Part shown: one piece after another, positions 11,742-24,916 of the stretch
Numbering within the stretch: the first letter of the stretch is position 1
Layout of the letters: the number at the start of each line of letters is the position of its first letter
NCBI RefSeq assembly: GCF_963921235.1
Contig: NC_086097.1
Span: 41,852,001-41,916,000, forward strand
Reading direction: 5' to 3'
Length of the DNA stretch: 64,000 nt
Source of the DNA: Mobula hypostoma
Lineage: Eukaryota
The notes under the pieces: generated by a model
What the model saw: the letters and a program-made list of their open reading frames with translations, nothing else
The model's database searches: none
Told to the model about the DNA's origin: nothing
Translations under genes and position numbers: made by a program

Positions 11742-14700
11742 AATATGCCTGTAAGGGTATAAAAAAATTAGGTTGTTTTAAGTGGCTTAGAGATCCTAGA
11801 AAGTGAGGTCCTGCTTCAGCCGAAAAGGCCGAAAATTAATAAAACTCCAGGGCCAGACAACATATAACCAAGGGTACATAAAGAGGTCTGTGATCATATA
11901 TACAAACCTATCTTATGAGGGTACAGGTTATATACACAACCTACCCATGTATTTTTCAGAAGTCAGTGAAGACCGGTGAAATCCCTAAGGACCGGAAATG
12001 GGCTAACGCTGCCCAGTGTATAAGAAGGGTGACCACACTGACCCTGGTATCTATAGACTAGTTAGCTTAATGTGTGTTGCAGGCAAGATAATAGAAACAA
12101 TAATAAAGAATGAGATGGAAAAGCAGCTGATAAGGACAGGCATGTTAGCAGAAAGCCAGCATGGGTTCAGAAAGGGGAAATCATCTTTTACTAATATACT
12201 GGAGATCTATTAATAGGCACCTAAAATTTATGATAACAATAGAATGGTTAATATCCTTTAGTTGGACTTTTAGAAGGCTCTTGACAAGGCATCCCACGAG
12301 AGGTTGTTAATCAAATGACAGGAGGTAGGGATTCGGGATAAAGTGTGAGAATGGGCACAGAACTGGCTCAAAAACCGAAAACAATGAGTTATGGTTAAAT
12401 GGTTAGAGGATAATGTTCACACCGAGAAGATGATAAAAGTGGAGTTCTGCAGAGATCAATTTTGGGGTTGATGCTGCTTTTTAATTCACATTAACGATTT
12501 GGATAAGCACATAACAAATAAACTAGTAAAGTTTGCTGTTGACACAAAATTACGAGGACGAGCTGATAACACTCAGGCAGCAGAATCAATGCAATCAGAT
12601 CTAAACAAAATCCATATGTGGGCAGATAAATGGCAGATGAAATTTAATGTAAGTAAATGTAAAATATTACATATAGGAAATAGAAATATCAGATATAAAT
12701 ATACAATGGGGGGGGGGCCTTGAGTTACAAAGTGCCCTGTATGAGAAGGACTTTGTTGTCCTGATAGACTCATCACTATCAACATCTAGACGACGCACAG
12801 AAATGATTAGCAAGTCTAGTGAAATGTGGGCTATATAATGCGCTCAGTGGAGTTCAAGTCTACAAGCTGTGTAATGCGCTTTGTGAGGCTACACCTTAAG
12901 TGCTGTGTACAATTTTGGTCATATTGTGTAAGGGATGTGAAGGCATTGGAGAGAGTTCAGAGAAAGGTGACTTGAGTCATTCCAGGTCTGCAGGGTATGA
13001 GCTATGAAGAAAGATTGAAAGAATCAGTCTTTTCAGCCTAGGAAGATGTAGAATGAGAGGAGACATGATAGAGGTGCTCAGAATCATTGAGGGTATAAGT
13101 AAGGTGGATGCCAGCCGCTACTTCAAAATTAATCCATCAACGAGGACACAGAGTCATAGGTGGAGATACTGGTTGAAAGGAGATTTCAGACTTACATCCA
13201 GAAGCATTTATTTACACAGCGAGTTGTGGACACATGGAACAAACTACATAGTTGTATAGTTGAGAGAAATGCCTTAGAGACTTCCAAATCTGAACTCAAT
13301 AGTTATTTCAACACACTATGTGAATAGGAATTTGGCAAGCTTTGTTGGGCTGAATGGCCTGGTCTTGTCAAAAACTTTCTAATGTTCTAATCTCCATCGG
13401 TAAGTAGGCCTCAACTAAGTCCACTTTGCTGAAGTGTTTTACTCCAGAAAGTTTTGCAAAAATATCCTCTATCCTGGGCAGAGGGCATCGATCTACTTTC
13501 AGTACTGGGTTGATGGTTGCCTTAAAATCACCACAGACCCTGACAGACATATTCTTCTTAGCTACTGGGACCCAAAGCATTGCCCACGGGCTCCACTCAA
13601 CCTTGGAAAGAATTCTTTCAGCCTCCATGCATTCCAGCTCACGTTATGATGGATGGTATGAGGAACCAGGTGGCTTTGTAAAACTCGGTGTGACATTTTC
13701 ATTTACTACTATTTTACCCTTGATATGTTTGAGTTTTCCAATACCATCCTTGAACACTGTTGTGGCATCATCTGGTACATTTCTTAGTTTGCTTTCAGTT
13801 GACTTTATTGCTTAAGATGTGGCATGCAAATGGTGGATGGATCTCCAATCAAGTTGTAGTTGTCCCAGCCACTCACATCCCACAATGCTGTCCTCCTAAT
13901 TTTACTACTTACGAGCCCAATGTGGCTTGCTGGCTGTTGTACCTCACTGTTAAGAATGTCATTCCCACAGGAGTTTTCTTTTCTCCCATATGAACTCTTA
14001 ATTGGTTATCTGCAGGCATCAGTTCAGTATGTTTAAAATGCCATTCAAACTCATTTTGTGGAATGACTGATATAGCTGAGCCAGTATCCAATTCCATTTT
14101 AATTAATTTGCTGTTCACTTCTGGTGTAAGACATATTGCTTGTCTCCTGTTTGTTTTTGTATCATAAATGTCAAGATTACCCAGTCCCATGTCACTCTCA
14201 TCATTATCAGATTTTTCATCAAGAGCATGTAGGTTAGTGCTCACCTTAAAACTGCAACTTGACTTTTTATCGTTTGCTCTTCCTTATGCAGTCCAATCGT
14301 TTTTGACTGCATGACATATTCTTTGTATGTGACCTTCTTCGTTGCATTTTCTGCAAGTTTCACCTTTAAACCAATATGTGAGCCCCTGCCACGATGGTAA
14401 TACAATTTCTTCAGTCAAGCCTGTTTAGACGCTGCAATTTTTTTCATGCTCACTTTCATTCCTGACTGCAACTCATTCATGTCTCTGTCTGATGTTTCCA
14501 TTGATACAACAATTTCAACTGTTTAAGTGTAAGTTGTGCTTCAGTTAGAAGCTATTTTTAAATGCTTTCTTGCAAAATTTCACGAATTAAATGATCTCTC
14601 AGTGCATCATTAAGCTCATTACTGAACTGACAATGCTCAGATAATTTCTTCAATTCGCCCTTGTATGCTGAAATGGACTTTCATTCCTTTTGATTCCACT

Positions 14701-14899
14701 TATGAAACCTAAAGCATTCTGCAATTAACAATGATTTAGGTTCTAAATGTCCCTGCTTACTTTCATGTTATCAGCAAAGTTCATTTCAGCTGGTTTGGTT
14801 GGAGCAGTCAAAATTCTAAGCTATCTGTCTTTAAATCCAATGCACAACAAAACTGGCATATGCTTCAGGTTGGCTGTTTCATTTGATTCAAAAATACTA

Positions 14900-15053
14900 C
14901 AGGTCGACCTTCACTAATCCGACTACCTGTAATCCAGTTCCTTCGATAATCTGGCACTGATTATGCTTAATGTGATTCTTCTGTAATTCGGCATTTTCAC
15001 TAATCTGGCACTCCTCAGGTCCCAATGGTGCCGGATTAGTGAAGGTCGAGCTG
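14900..15053. mobile_element. 154-bp Tc1/mariner (pogo/Tigger-like) MITE inside Gypsy gag
   Basis: TIRs CAGGTCGACCTTCACTAATCCG and CGGATTAGTGAAGGTCGAGCTG (1 mismatch in 22 bp), with TA on both sides. Confidence 0.93.
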
Positions 15054-15382
15054 TACTCAATGTGCTCAGCATACGTCAGCCAGTTACATTTTGTGCAATC
15101 AAACATGTTGATCTTTCCAATTTTGCCAGCCATTTCTGCTTTTTCAGTTATGATTATAATCACCCATTATTCTTGTTTATGAACCTATTAATTTGTCTAT
15201 TTCCTGCCTTTTTTAATTCTATTGTCTCTCTTTCTCTCTCTCCCTACTGAAGAGATACATTCTGCAGTGTTTTTTTTAACTCAAAAGTCTCACTGCACTT
15301 TTTTAAAAATTCAAACATCCTACAATGCTTCAACAGGTAGGTCGGCATCTCAGTTTCATTTTTTAAAATACCTCATTGCCGC

Positions 15383-15627
15383 TGTTACGTTTTGTAACTC
15401 CAAGACATAAAGTAATTGAAAACAAAAACTTGGAGCTAGGATAACTCATGTACATTAGTTTCATTTTTACTTTAGCGAGACTCGTACATATGACGAGGTG
15501 GCGTGATGACGTATGCAATTCACGTACAGTGGTTTGTACGTATAACCTGTAATGAATTAGTTAAGTAACAAAGAATGCTTAATCAAGCAATATATTTACA
15601 ATAATACCGAAATATTAATACACAACA
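15383..15627 (-). repeat. 5' LTR of the Gypsy element
   Basis: TGTT...AACA termini, directly followed on the minus strand by a PBS-like motif and the gag leader. A related LTR fragment lies at 45508-46320. Confidence 0.8.
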
Positions 15628-16051
15628 TGGACTACCTACAGAGCTACTAGAGGCATACCACCAAGGCTCTCTCTACAAAATGATCATAATCCATTGGAAC
15701 AGTAAGTAAACCCATGTCAGCAATGTCTCTTGGGCTAGCACATTCAGAATTCATGTCCTATTTACACTAATTTGGCTTCACTGGAAAAGCGACATTGTTT
15801 ATTAGCCTCTACTCAAGTTCTGTATCCAATCTGTAATGCCTGAGCTCCGTAATGGCAGGGTTACAGAGGGGCTGATTCATGAACATTTTTAAAGCCTTCA
15901 CAAAAAAGTATAGTCCCACAATGACCAAATAGGAGTCTGCAGCCCATGACTGTTTGAAATAGAGAGGGATGGAATTGAGAGTCTTGAGTCCATTCTTTGA
16001 AGTACCCCCAAAGCCACACTTCCCAAACAGGTCACCATCTGTTCCATTCAC

Positions 16052-17290
16052 CAAGTTCAAGTTTATTGTCATCACACTGTACATATATACAACCAATTAA
16101 AACAATGTTCCTCAGCACCATGGTGCAGCCACAGTGTATTTACTACACGCCACACACGAGCACATAAAATAAAATATTACCACAAATAAGCTAAAAATAT
16201 ATACTATGCACATGTAGTGAGTAGCACAGGTAAGCAGCAAACAAGAAACAGTACTGCAAACAGTTTGCTGTCCTAGTGACGAGACCTCGGCAGGATATTC
16301 ATTAGTCTCACAGACTGGGGGAAGAAGCTGTATGCATTCTGGCAGCTCTAGCCCTGAACCTTCTGTACCTGCTTCCTGATGATAGTAGGTCAATGAAATT
16401 GTGAGATGAGTGGCAGGGATTTTCAACAATGCTTCAAGCTCTTGGTACAACACTCCCGGTAAATGTCACAAACAGGGAGAGGGAGAGCCCAGTAAGCCTC
16501 AACAGATTTTACTATCCTCTTTAGGGTCTTGGGATCTAATGTCTTGCAGCTTCTGTACCATACAATGATGCAACCAGACAGGACACTCTTGATGGTGGTC
16601 CTGTAGAAAGTTGCTTCAATGGGGTGGGAAGCCTTGCATGCCTCAATCGATCAGCTACTGTAGATGCTGCTGTGCCTTCCTGACTAATGAGGAGGAGTTG
16701 TGGGTCCAGGATAGATCCTCCATTATGTGCACACCAGGGAACTTTGTGCTCTTCATTCTCTCCTCAGCAGAGCCATTGACATGTAATGAAGAGTGGTTGA
16801 CCTGTCCACAAGCGTCTTGATTTTCTTGTCCTCACTGAGACTCAGGTTCTTGCTCTTGAACCATTTGACAAGCCCCTCTACCTCCTCTCTGTCTGCCGAT
16901 TCATTCATTATTGCTAATGAGGCCAATCACAGTTGTATCATCAGCAAACTTGATATATTTTGAGCTGAATCTAGCAGTACAATCAGGAGTCAGCAGCATG
17001 AACATGAGCACACATTCCTGGAAGGTGGGAATTTATGTATATGATCCAGTACCAGCCACTTAAAATACTTCATGATTGTTGAGGTTAATGCACTGGGCGA
17101 TAATTGTTTTAGCCAGTTACCGTCGCTCTCTTAGGCACTGGGATGATGGTGGCTGCGTTGAAGCCTGCAGAAACAGAGGACTGTTGCAAAGAGATATTGA
17201 AGATGTTCATTAAGACCTCTGTTAGCTGGGCTTCACAACCCCTCAGCTCCTGTTCAGATATGTTCCACTGGCATAGATGGCATATTGGCC
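16052..17290 (-). mobile_element. Rex1/Babar LINE fragments with 3' end
   Basis: QLTEVLMNIFNISL...ATIIPVPK (17109..17297); KFADDT near 16935-16955; AATAAA plus (CTTGAA)n tail at 16052. Confidence 0.85.
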
Positions 17291-17861
17291 TTATCATTCA
17301 CCTCAGAATCTAGAGAAAGAAAGTGGAAACTTTATCCTGGATCCTAATAGAGTGCCTAAGAAGAATGATCTGCTTTGGTACTTATTACTAATTGATCTGA
17401 ATTAAATTCAATATTAACAGAGGATGTCTCAGAATTAATCAATACAATGTATTTATAGTAATGGTGTCAACCACTATATGTTATTGTAACAAATGTACCA
17501 CCAAATGTGAGATACGATGCATGCAAAGTCTACGTGGAAAAGTAATCCATTAAGTTTACTGGAGCTTATTTTTATGCATTGATGTTAAGTACAGGTCATA
17601 ACTGAAGAGTTCTGAGATTGAGCAAATGAATTGTTGATTAGACTAATTAATTACAAATATATGTACCTAATATTAAGTTGATTACATACCTTCATATATA
17701 TAAATATTTAATTGTTGAAATATGTATGTAAGTAGTTAAAATGCATTAATTACATGTTCATTTGTGGTATGACTTTTACTAGACTCCAGAGGCGATCTCA
17801 AATTGACTGCCTTCAATAAAAGATATTGCTCATAACTCTTGCCTCTGTAATTTGCCTTAGC

Positions 17862-18250
17862 AGAAACAAAGAACCTGTGAACACAACTTATATAAAATAC
17901 TGGAGGAACTCAGCAGATCAGACAGCATCTATGGAAATGAATAGATAGTTGAGGTTTCATGCCAAGACACTTCTTCAGAACTGAGATGGAAGGGGGAAGA
18001 TGCCAGAATAAAAAGGTGGCAGGAGGAGAAAGAGGCTAGCTGGAAAACGATAGGGAAGTCAGTGGATGGGAAAGGTCAAGGGCTGGAGAAGAAGGAATCT
18101 GATAGGAGAGGGGAGTGGATCATTGGAGAAATAGAGAAATAGGCAGGTGAAAAGAGGTACAAATCAACATGGGAATAGAGAAAGGGAGGAAGGACATTTG
18201 TTTACCAGAAGGAGAAATTGATATTTATACCATCAGGTGTTGTTCCTCCA
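17862..18250 (-). mobile_element. PLE 3' fragment
   Basis: Homologous to the tails at 22200-22655 and 24830-25324: purine-rich tract on the plus strand and GGAGGAACTCAGCAG...GCATCTATGG. Confidence 0.8.
17946..17984 (-). ncRNA. Minimal type I hammerhead motif, near-intact
   Basis: Minus strand reads AGTT-CTGAAGA-AGTGTCTTGGCAT-GAAA-CC-TC-AACT. Core boxes and stem I are intact, but the stem III palindrome is lost. Confidence 0.55.
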
Positions 18251-20004
18251 CCGATACATCGGAACACCAATGCATAGCTGATACCAGCAGTGAAAAACTC
18301 AGATCAATGGAGTACTAGCTGTTGTTGGATTGATAACTAATAGTAGGTCAGGAACATCTTTCACTCTCTAGAAGCCACTTAGCTTCTCTAAAATAATGGC
18401 TGAATTCAATTTTCAATGATTTCAATAGTGTTTTGTGAAGCATTCAGATGCAATTTTCTTGTGATCAATCTTGAGCTGCCAGCCCCATCGATAGGGCAGG
18501 AAACAAGATAGAGAATGGGATGGGTTCTGATTTTGGGAGGGTATTACTTCGAAGTAGTGTTGTGAAGCCAGGAGAAATCCCCTGGCTCTTCCTGGTCCCA
18601 AACATGTTATAAAAATCCAAACTTCCCCTTTTAGATCACATTCAACTCTGAACAAAGTAGGCCTAGACTCCTATACATTGGGTACCGGGCATCTCAGGGG
18701 CATTCCAAAACAGATATTAGCAGTCTCTTCGATAATGGGAGAGGCTTAATGACATATTGATGTGGCTACTCTGAAGGTTTAACTAGAGGAAAAGCCTTTG
18801 GAAAACAATTGTCAACTCTACCCTAGCAATGAGCACCAAATTCTAGTTGACCAATCACATTATATAAACTGATTTCAGTAGAAATGAATTGTTCTTTTAC
18901 TGGCTAATCTATACATTCATTTGTGGGAAGGGTTGATATATTTCATCATCTAGCATTGTGGATCAGACTGATAATATACTGTGTCAAATTTATCCAGATT
19001 GTGAAGGAGGAGGCTATTCTTGGAACAGTGATTGCATCCCCTGTAACAATCAAAGAGTTGGCCCGAAGATAAATGATCTACGTTTATAAATACAGACAGG
19101 TAATTCACCAATAAAGGTAGTTTAAGAATAGCAATTGGAGGTTTATGAATAATTTAGGATGAACTAAAGATGAGAACAGGGGAATTAGGATGATTCATAG
19201 CTTCCTGTAAAAGACAGAGCAGATTTACAATAAGAGGGATTCAATGGCTCTTATCTTTCCCTGGGAGTCCTCATAATCTTCCATGACAAAAGATTGAAGG
19301 GTCTTTCAGGGCAGTACCTTACGTAGTTGGATTAGGCTATGCATACAGTTTTACAGAGGTTCAATCTTTCTCTGCCAAAATTGCTCTCACAGAAATTCAA
19401 GCCCTTTTTATTTCCAGATTGCATTATTCTCTAAGATTCAGCATGTCCAGTCCTGAATGTCCGGTTTTGTAACATGTCCCTGTATCTCAAAGTGGATGAT
19501 GTCTCAACTCATTAAATGAATCAAGGTAGGCATTAACCTTGCAGCAGTGCTTTGCACTCAAGGATGTCACATGAGAAGGTATCTTATAGAAAAGCCATTA
19601 TAGTGTGCACACACAGATAAATCAATACAGAAGTTGAAAGAAGATTACTGGCAGCTACAATTGGTTAGCTGTCACTGAGGATGATACTATACAGGGCAAA
19701 CATTTAGTCACCCCTGAGCTGTAGGTATGGCTAATATTTCACCCACACGGGCCACCAAGATATCGTCAAAACTAAAGGAGTGCTCAAAAGCCAGACAGGA
19801 AAAGCTATTAAAGATTGAAGCTGTCAGGTTTTAGGCATTGAATTCAGAAAACTATTAATTTCCTTGTCAGATTTACCCTGATTGTTCATGGCAGAGAATT
19901 CACAGAGGCTCATTCCGTCAATAATCTCTTACTTGTTGTTGCTGTGTCTACATTTCTGGCAATTCAGATAAAGGCCTCTTTAACATGACTCTCCTAGTAG
20001 GCCA

Positions 20005-22655
20005 TTTTAACCTGCCTGTTCAGGTAGGCCCACTCAATCTCCCTTGGTTAGTACTTTCCTCCTATATCTGGGACACTTCACGTGCTCTTCATCTCCTCAA
20101 CAACTTTCAATTCCTGGCCCTGACCACCTCATTTTCACCATGGATGTCCAATCCCTATACACTTATATTTCCATTCAAGAAGGCCTTAAAGCTCTCAGCT
20201 TCTTTCTCGACAACAAACCCCACCAGTTCCCCTCCACCACTACTCTCCTCTGCCTGGCGGAACTGATCCACAAACTCAACAATTTCTCTTTCAGCTCCTC
20301 CCATTTCCACCAAGTTCAAGGTGTAACCATGAGCCCCAACCACACCTGCTTTATCATTGGCTACATGGAATAGTTCATGTTCCAAGTGTTCAAAGGTTTC
20401 CAAGGTACATTTAATGTCAGAGGAATGTATACAGTATACATACTGAAATTCTTTTTCTTTGCAAACATCCATGAAAACAGAGGAGTGCCCCAAAGAATGA
20501 AAGAGAGTTAAATATTAGAACCCCAAAGTCCCCCCCAATTCTCCTGACCCACACATAAGCAGCAGCAAAGCAACGACCCCCTCCCCCACCAGCAAAAAAA
20601 GCACCGAGCACTCAAGTGTGCAACAAAACATCAATTAAGACACAGACTTGCAGTACCCCAAAAACCACTCGTTCACCCGGTAATTCAACATTCTACAGGC
20701 TCTCTCTCTCTCTCTCACTAATAAGGGAAAAAGAGGTGTCCCCAATTCACAGCGAGAGGGGAGAGATAACAAACAACTCGCTGATTTACAGTGTTAAAAG
20801 TCTGTTGCGTCACTTCTTCCGAGCTCTGTGCCCAAAGAACTCAGGTCTCTGAGCACACAGCCAGCAGCCAGCTTGCTGCTGCTTTTGATCTTCTGTCTCC
20901 CATGACACACTGATTTCCTGCGGTGGCACTGCCCGCCTCCAGAGCCACAAAATCCCAGAACTCCAAAGGCGTGTTAGTCTTCTAGGCTGCGACTTTAGCA
21001 TATCGAATAACAGCCAGTTGTGAGACCCCGAGACAGGTCCCATTTCCGCAAAGAACCGAAGTCAGCATGTAACTCCAGATTAAGGTTTTTAAAAGAACCC
21101 TGAAAGGGAATAATAGAGATATTAAAGATAGAAATAGAACTGTTTCCGAAGATGCGAGCAAAGGAATTGCCGTTAGGCACCATCGTTCTCCTAAGCTCCC
21201 TGGTAATGCTCCCCATCTCTTTCTGTGACTGCATTCTTGCTGTTTCATGTACCCATGCTGAGCTCATCAATTTCATCAACTTTTGCATCTAACTTCTACA
21301 CTGTCCTTCAATTCACTTGATCCATTTTTAACACCTCACTCCCCTTTTGCAATCTCTCTGACTTCATCACTAGAGACAAACTGTCTATCGATACCTCTTA
21401 TAAAACTTCTGACTCACACAGCTGTTTTAATTGTACCTCTTCACACCCAGTCTTCCGTACAAATTCCATTTCTTTTTCTCAGTTCCTTTGTCTCCTTCAT
21501 TTCTGCTCTGAGGATGAGGGTTTCCTTTCCAGAACGTCAGAAATGTCCTCTTTCTTCAAAGAACAGGGGATTCCTTCCTGCACTATTGATGCTGTCTTCA
21601 CCCACATCTCCTCCATTTCCAAGACATCTGCCGTCAACTCATTTTCCAGCTGCCTTAACAGGGATAGACTTCCTCTTGTCCTCACTTATCACCCCATGAG
21701 CCTCCACATCCAGCACATCAGTCTTCGCAACCTCCACTATTTTAATGGAATCCTACCACCAAACACATCCTTACTTCCCACCCCCCACCCTGCCCTCCAC
21801 TTCTGGCAAGGATTCCCTTGTCCATTTGTCCCTCCCCATTAATCTATCTCCCGGCGCTTACCCCAGCAAGATGAAGAACTGCTACACCTCCTCCCTCACC
21901 TCCATTCAGGGCCTCAAACAGTCCTCCTAGGTGAGGCAACACTTCCCCTGCAAATCTGTTGGGGTCGTCTAATGTATCTGGTGCTCCTCCTCTACAGTGG
22001 TGATATCCGACATAGATTAGGACCACTTTGTCAAGCATATTTGCTCTCTCCACAAAAACCAGCATCTCTGTGGTCGACCATTTTAATTCAAATCCCCATC
22101 CCCATTCTGACATGTCGGTCTATGACCTCCTTTACTGCCATGATGAGGCCACTCTCAGGCTGGAGGAGCAACAACTCATCTTCTGTCTGGGTAGCCTCCA
22201 AGCTGATGGCATGGACATTGATGTCTTTATCTTTAATTTTTCTCCATTCCCCTTCCCTCTTATTCTATTCCCCACTCAGGCTCCCCTCTCACCGCTTCTC
22301 TTTTCCTTACCTGCCTATAACCTGCCCCTGGTGCCCCTCCTTTCCCTTCTCCTGTGATCCACTCTCCTCTCCTCTCAGATTCTTTGTTCTATAACCCTTT
22401 ACCTTTTCCACCTATCATCTCCCTGCTTCTTCCTTCCTCCTAACCCACCTCTATCACCTTGTAGCGTTCACTCCTTCCACCCACCCTGCCCCCCACCCCC
22501 CCGATCAAATTCTTATTCCGGCTCCTTCCTCCTTCCTTATGAGTCCTGGTGAAGAGTCACGGCCTGAAACATCGACTGTTTATTCATTTCTATAGATGCT
22601 GCCTGACCTGCTGATCCTCCAGCATTTGCTGAGTGTTGTTCTGTATTTCCAGCTT
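20005..22655 (+). mobile_element. Neptune-type Penelope-like element (RT, GIY-YIG, 3' tail), decayed and interrupted at 20383-21199
   Basis: FTMDVQSLYT...LNNFSF...QVQGVTM (20044..20373); RLPLVLTYHP (21543..21842); EN C-terminus VVDHFNS...LEEQQLIFCLGSLQ (22028..22357); decayed hammerhead at 22542-22578. Confidence 0.9.
20383..21199 (-). mobile_element. About 0.8-kb non-coding retroposon with a Rex1-like 3' tail, copy 1
   Basis: Colinear end to end with 51265-52077; ends in ATTAAA and short tandem repeats; splits the PLE RT. Confidence 0.8.
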
Positions 22656-24622
22656 GCTTTATTGATCCGAGTTTAAAGGAGAGGACGGAAATGGTGCTTT
22701 CAAAGGCATCAGAAGAGAAGGATGCTTTTCTTGTTATTAAGGATCTTTCCTGTTCTGACCCTATTAGGTGAATTTTTAGAGCTTTATAAGCAAACCAAGT
22801 GTATGAGTGTCAATTTGAAATCAATGAACTGTTGCCATTTGAATACTCCATTTGTTCACAAGAACTTTGCTAGAGCTATCCCAGGTATTGTTGTATTAAT
22901 ATTACTTTACAACTGTATTAAATGGCAGCCAATGGTTTAATTTCTGTTTAAACAACTGCTTTGATTTATTTAAATATGCACATATTACAGAATGTTTACA
23001 TGTTGAATCGCAGTGAGAGCAAAGTGGAGAAACATGTGATATTCCTTGCACTTCCTTGAAAAATATTGCCTGTGAACTAGTGACTGCTTTTTAGTACATT
23101 ATACTGTAAGTAATTTTGATCTTCCTCACCACATATACTTTTGAAATAGATCAAATAACAGCTGCTTCCATTGATACTGATGCCAAACACAGTAATCAGC
23201 TGCAGACATCATTTGCTGCACTCTCCATATTGGCTACTAGTTGCTATGTTTGGAAGCAAGGTACTTCAATATTTTCCAAGATCCTTCAAGTGCAACATAT
23301 TTCATACAAGATCAGTTCTGTAGAAAAGATTTATTTTGCTAACGGCACTTCTCTCCACACCACAAATCCCTTCAAAGCTGTACCATGATAGAAAGGAACT
23401 CCAGAATTAATGTGGTGAAAAATGTTGCTTTCAAAATCTAAGCTGAATGTGAAGTTGCCAGTGTTCGTGTCATTACCACTGAATAATACTGCCTATTCAT
23501 TTGAAGAATGCTGATGGATGGAAGGAGGTAGCACTGAAAAAAAAGATTTCAAGAAGAATTTATGATTCAGAGTACATATTCTTCCTGAAATAACTGAAAA
23601 ATTATCAGAAAAAGAGAGCCACCCAGAATTGCATTCAACACAAAACAGGTGAGGTAATATGGTTTTGATTTTACATTTGATTAGATCCAAAATATTAATA
23701 TCTCATGATGAAGTGCTGTATCTAACACCAAGTACACATTACTGGAGTGCTTGAAGTCCATAAATATAAAGCATATTTAGTTCTTAATTTCTCAATCCTT
23801 ACTCACTAGTTCTAAACATGTTCTAAAGCAGCAAGCATTTAAGATCATAAACGGGAATAGGAGGAGGCTATTCAGCTCTTCAGCCAGACACTCTATAACA
23901 TCACGGATGATCCAATCTTCCTCAGTCTACTTTCCCTCCTGATTTCCATTATTCTTGATTCTTTTATGCTATCTCAAGTTTTGATATATTTAACAATACA
24001 GCTGCCACAGCTTTCTGGAGAAAGGAATCCCAAAGACTAATAGGCCATTTGATAGGAGAAATTCTTCCTCATCTCAGGCTTAAATCGAGAATCCTATGTC
24101 CTCTGGTTCCAGACTCTCCCATGACAAGAAGCACTCAGTCAGCATTTACCCTGTTAAGCCACCTGTATATTCTACCATCATCTTAAATATTTCTTTTCTC
24201 TTTCTTCTTTTTTTTCAATATTTTTATTAATTTCTATATAGAAGAATACCGAGTACAAGAAGATATATATTATAAGTCAAAAAAGATAAAATAATACCAA
24301 ATACATTATATTTGAATCACACTTGCGATCTCATTACCCTATATTCATGTAAATTAAATTAAATCGTAATATTGAAATATGATAATTTATTATACAAGAA
24401 TAAAAGAATCTAAGCCCACTACCAAGATCGAAGCTGTTTGGTAAAGAAAGAGAAAAGGAAAAAAAAACCTTATCATCCCTCCCCACTGATCTCCCTCCTG
24501 GCACTTATCCTTGTAAGCAGAACAAGTGCTACACATTTCCTTACATTTCCTCCCTTACCACCATTCAGGGCCCCAGATAGTCCTTCCAGGCAAGGCGACG
24601 CTTCACCTGTGAGTCGGCTGGG

Positions 24623-24916
24623 GTGATATACTGCGTCCAGTGCTCCCGATGTGGCCTTCTATATATTGGCGAGACCCAACGAAGACTGGGAGATCACTTT
24701 CCTGAACACCTACGCTCTGTCCGCCAGAGAAAGCAGGATCTCCCAGTGGCCACACATTTTAATTCCACATCCCATACCCATTCTGATATGTCTATCCACA
24801 GCCTCCTCTACTGTAAAGATGAAGCCACACTCAGGCTGGAGGAACAACACCTTATATTCCGTCTGGGTAGCCTCCAACCTGATGGCATGAACATTGACCT
24901 CTCTAACTTCCGCTAA
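24623..24916 (+). pseudogene. PLE GIY-YIG endonuclease domain (5'-truncated ORF)
   Basis: VIYCVQCSRCGLLYIGET...EH...VATHFN...LEEQHLI...GMN. Confidence 0.92.

Larger units (their letters stand above)
5890..13391 (+). mobile_element. Older AT-rich CR1-family LINE, interrupted twice
   Basis: ORF1 remnant WVTVG...VMIVGDSII (5900-6170); EN start CINTINIKNN...IIAITET (about 9520-9700); RT pieces 12016..12213 and 12499..12723; 3' tail TTCTAATGTTCTAAT ending at 13391. Confidence 0.85.
3840..15627 (-). mobile_element. Fragmented Gypsy (Mag-like) LTR retrotransposon hosting several insertions
   Basis: Colinear minus-strand pieces: LTR 15383-15627; PBS-like GCGGCAATGAGG; gag about 14250-15160; protease LIKMELDTGSAISVI (ORF 13909..14244); RT VRVCGDFKATINP...PLPRIEDIFAKL (13392-13628); thumb AEKIQAVVD...LLGLVNYYNRFLP (5680-5889); RNase H start TSD...HHDSHRPMRL (3912-3968). 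Confidence 0.85.

Noticed and set aside
14895..14899. TACTA as a transposon excision footprint beside the MITE
   Set aside because: Too short to distinguish from ordinary decay without the Gypsy consensus.
23116..23500. Short ORFs on both strands in unique sequence
   Set aside because: No recognisable domain or consistent exon boundaries; lengths are expected by chance.
24623..24916. GIY-YIG nuclease read as a prokaryotic or homing-endonuclease system
   Set aside because: The Cys-rich linker, the RT in the sister copy at 20005-22655 and the 3' tail identify it as a Penelope-like element.
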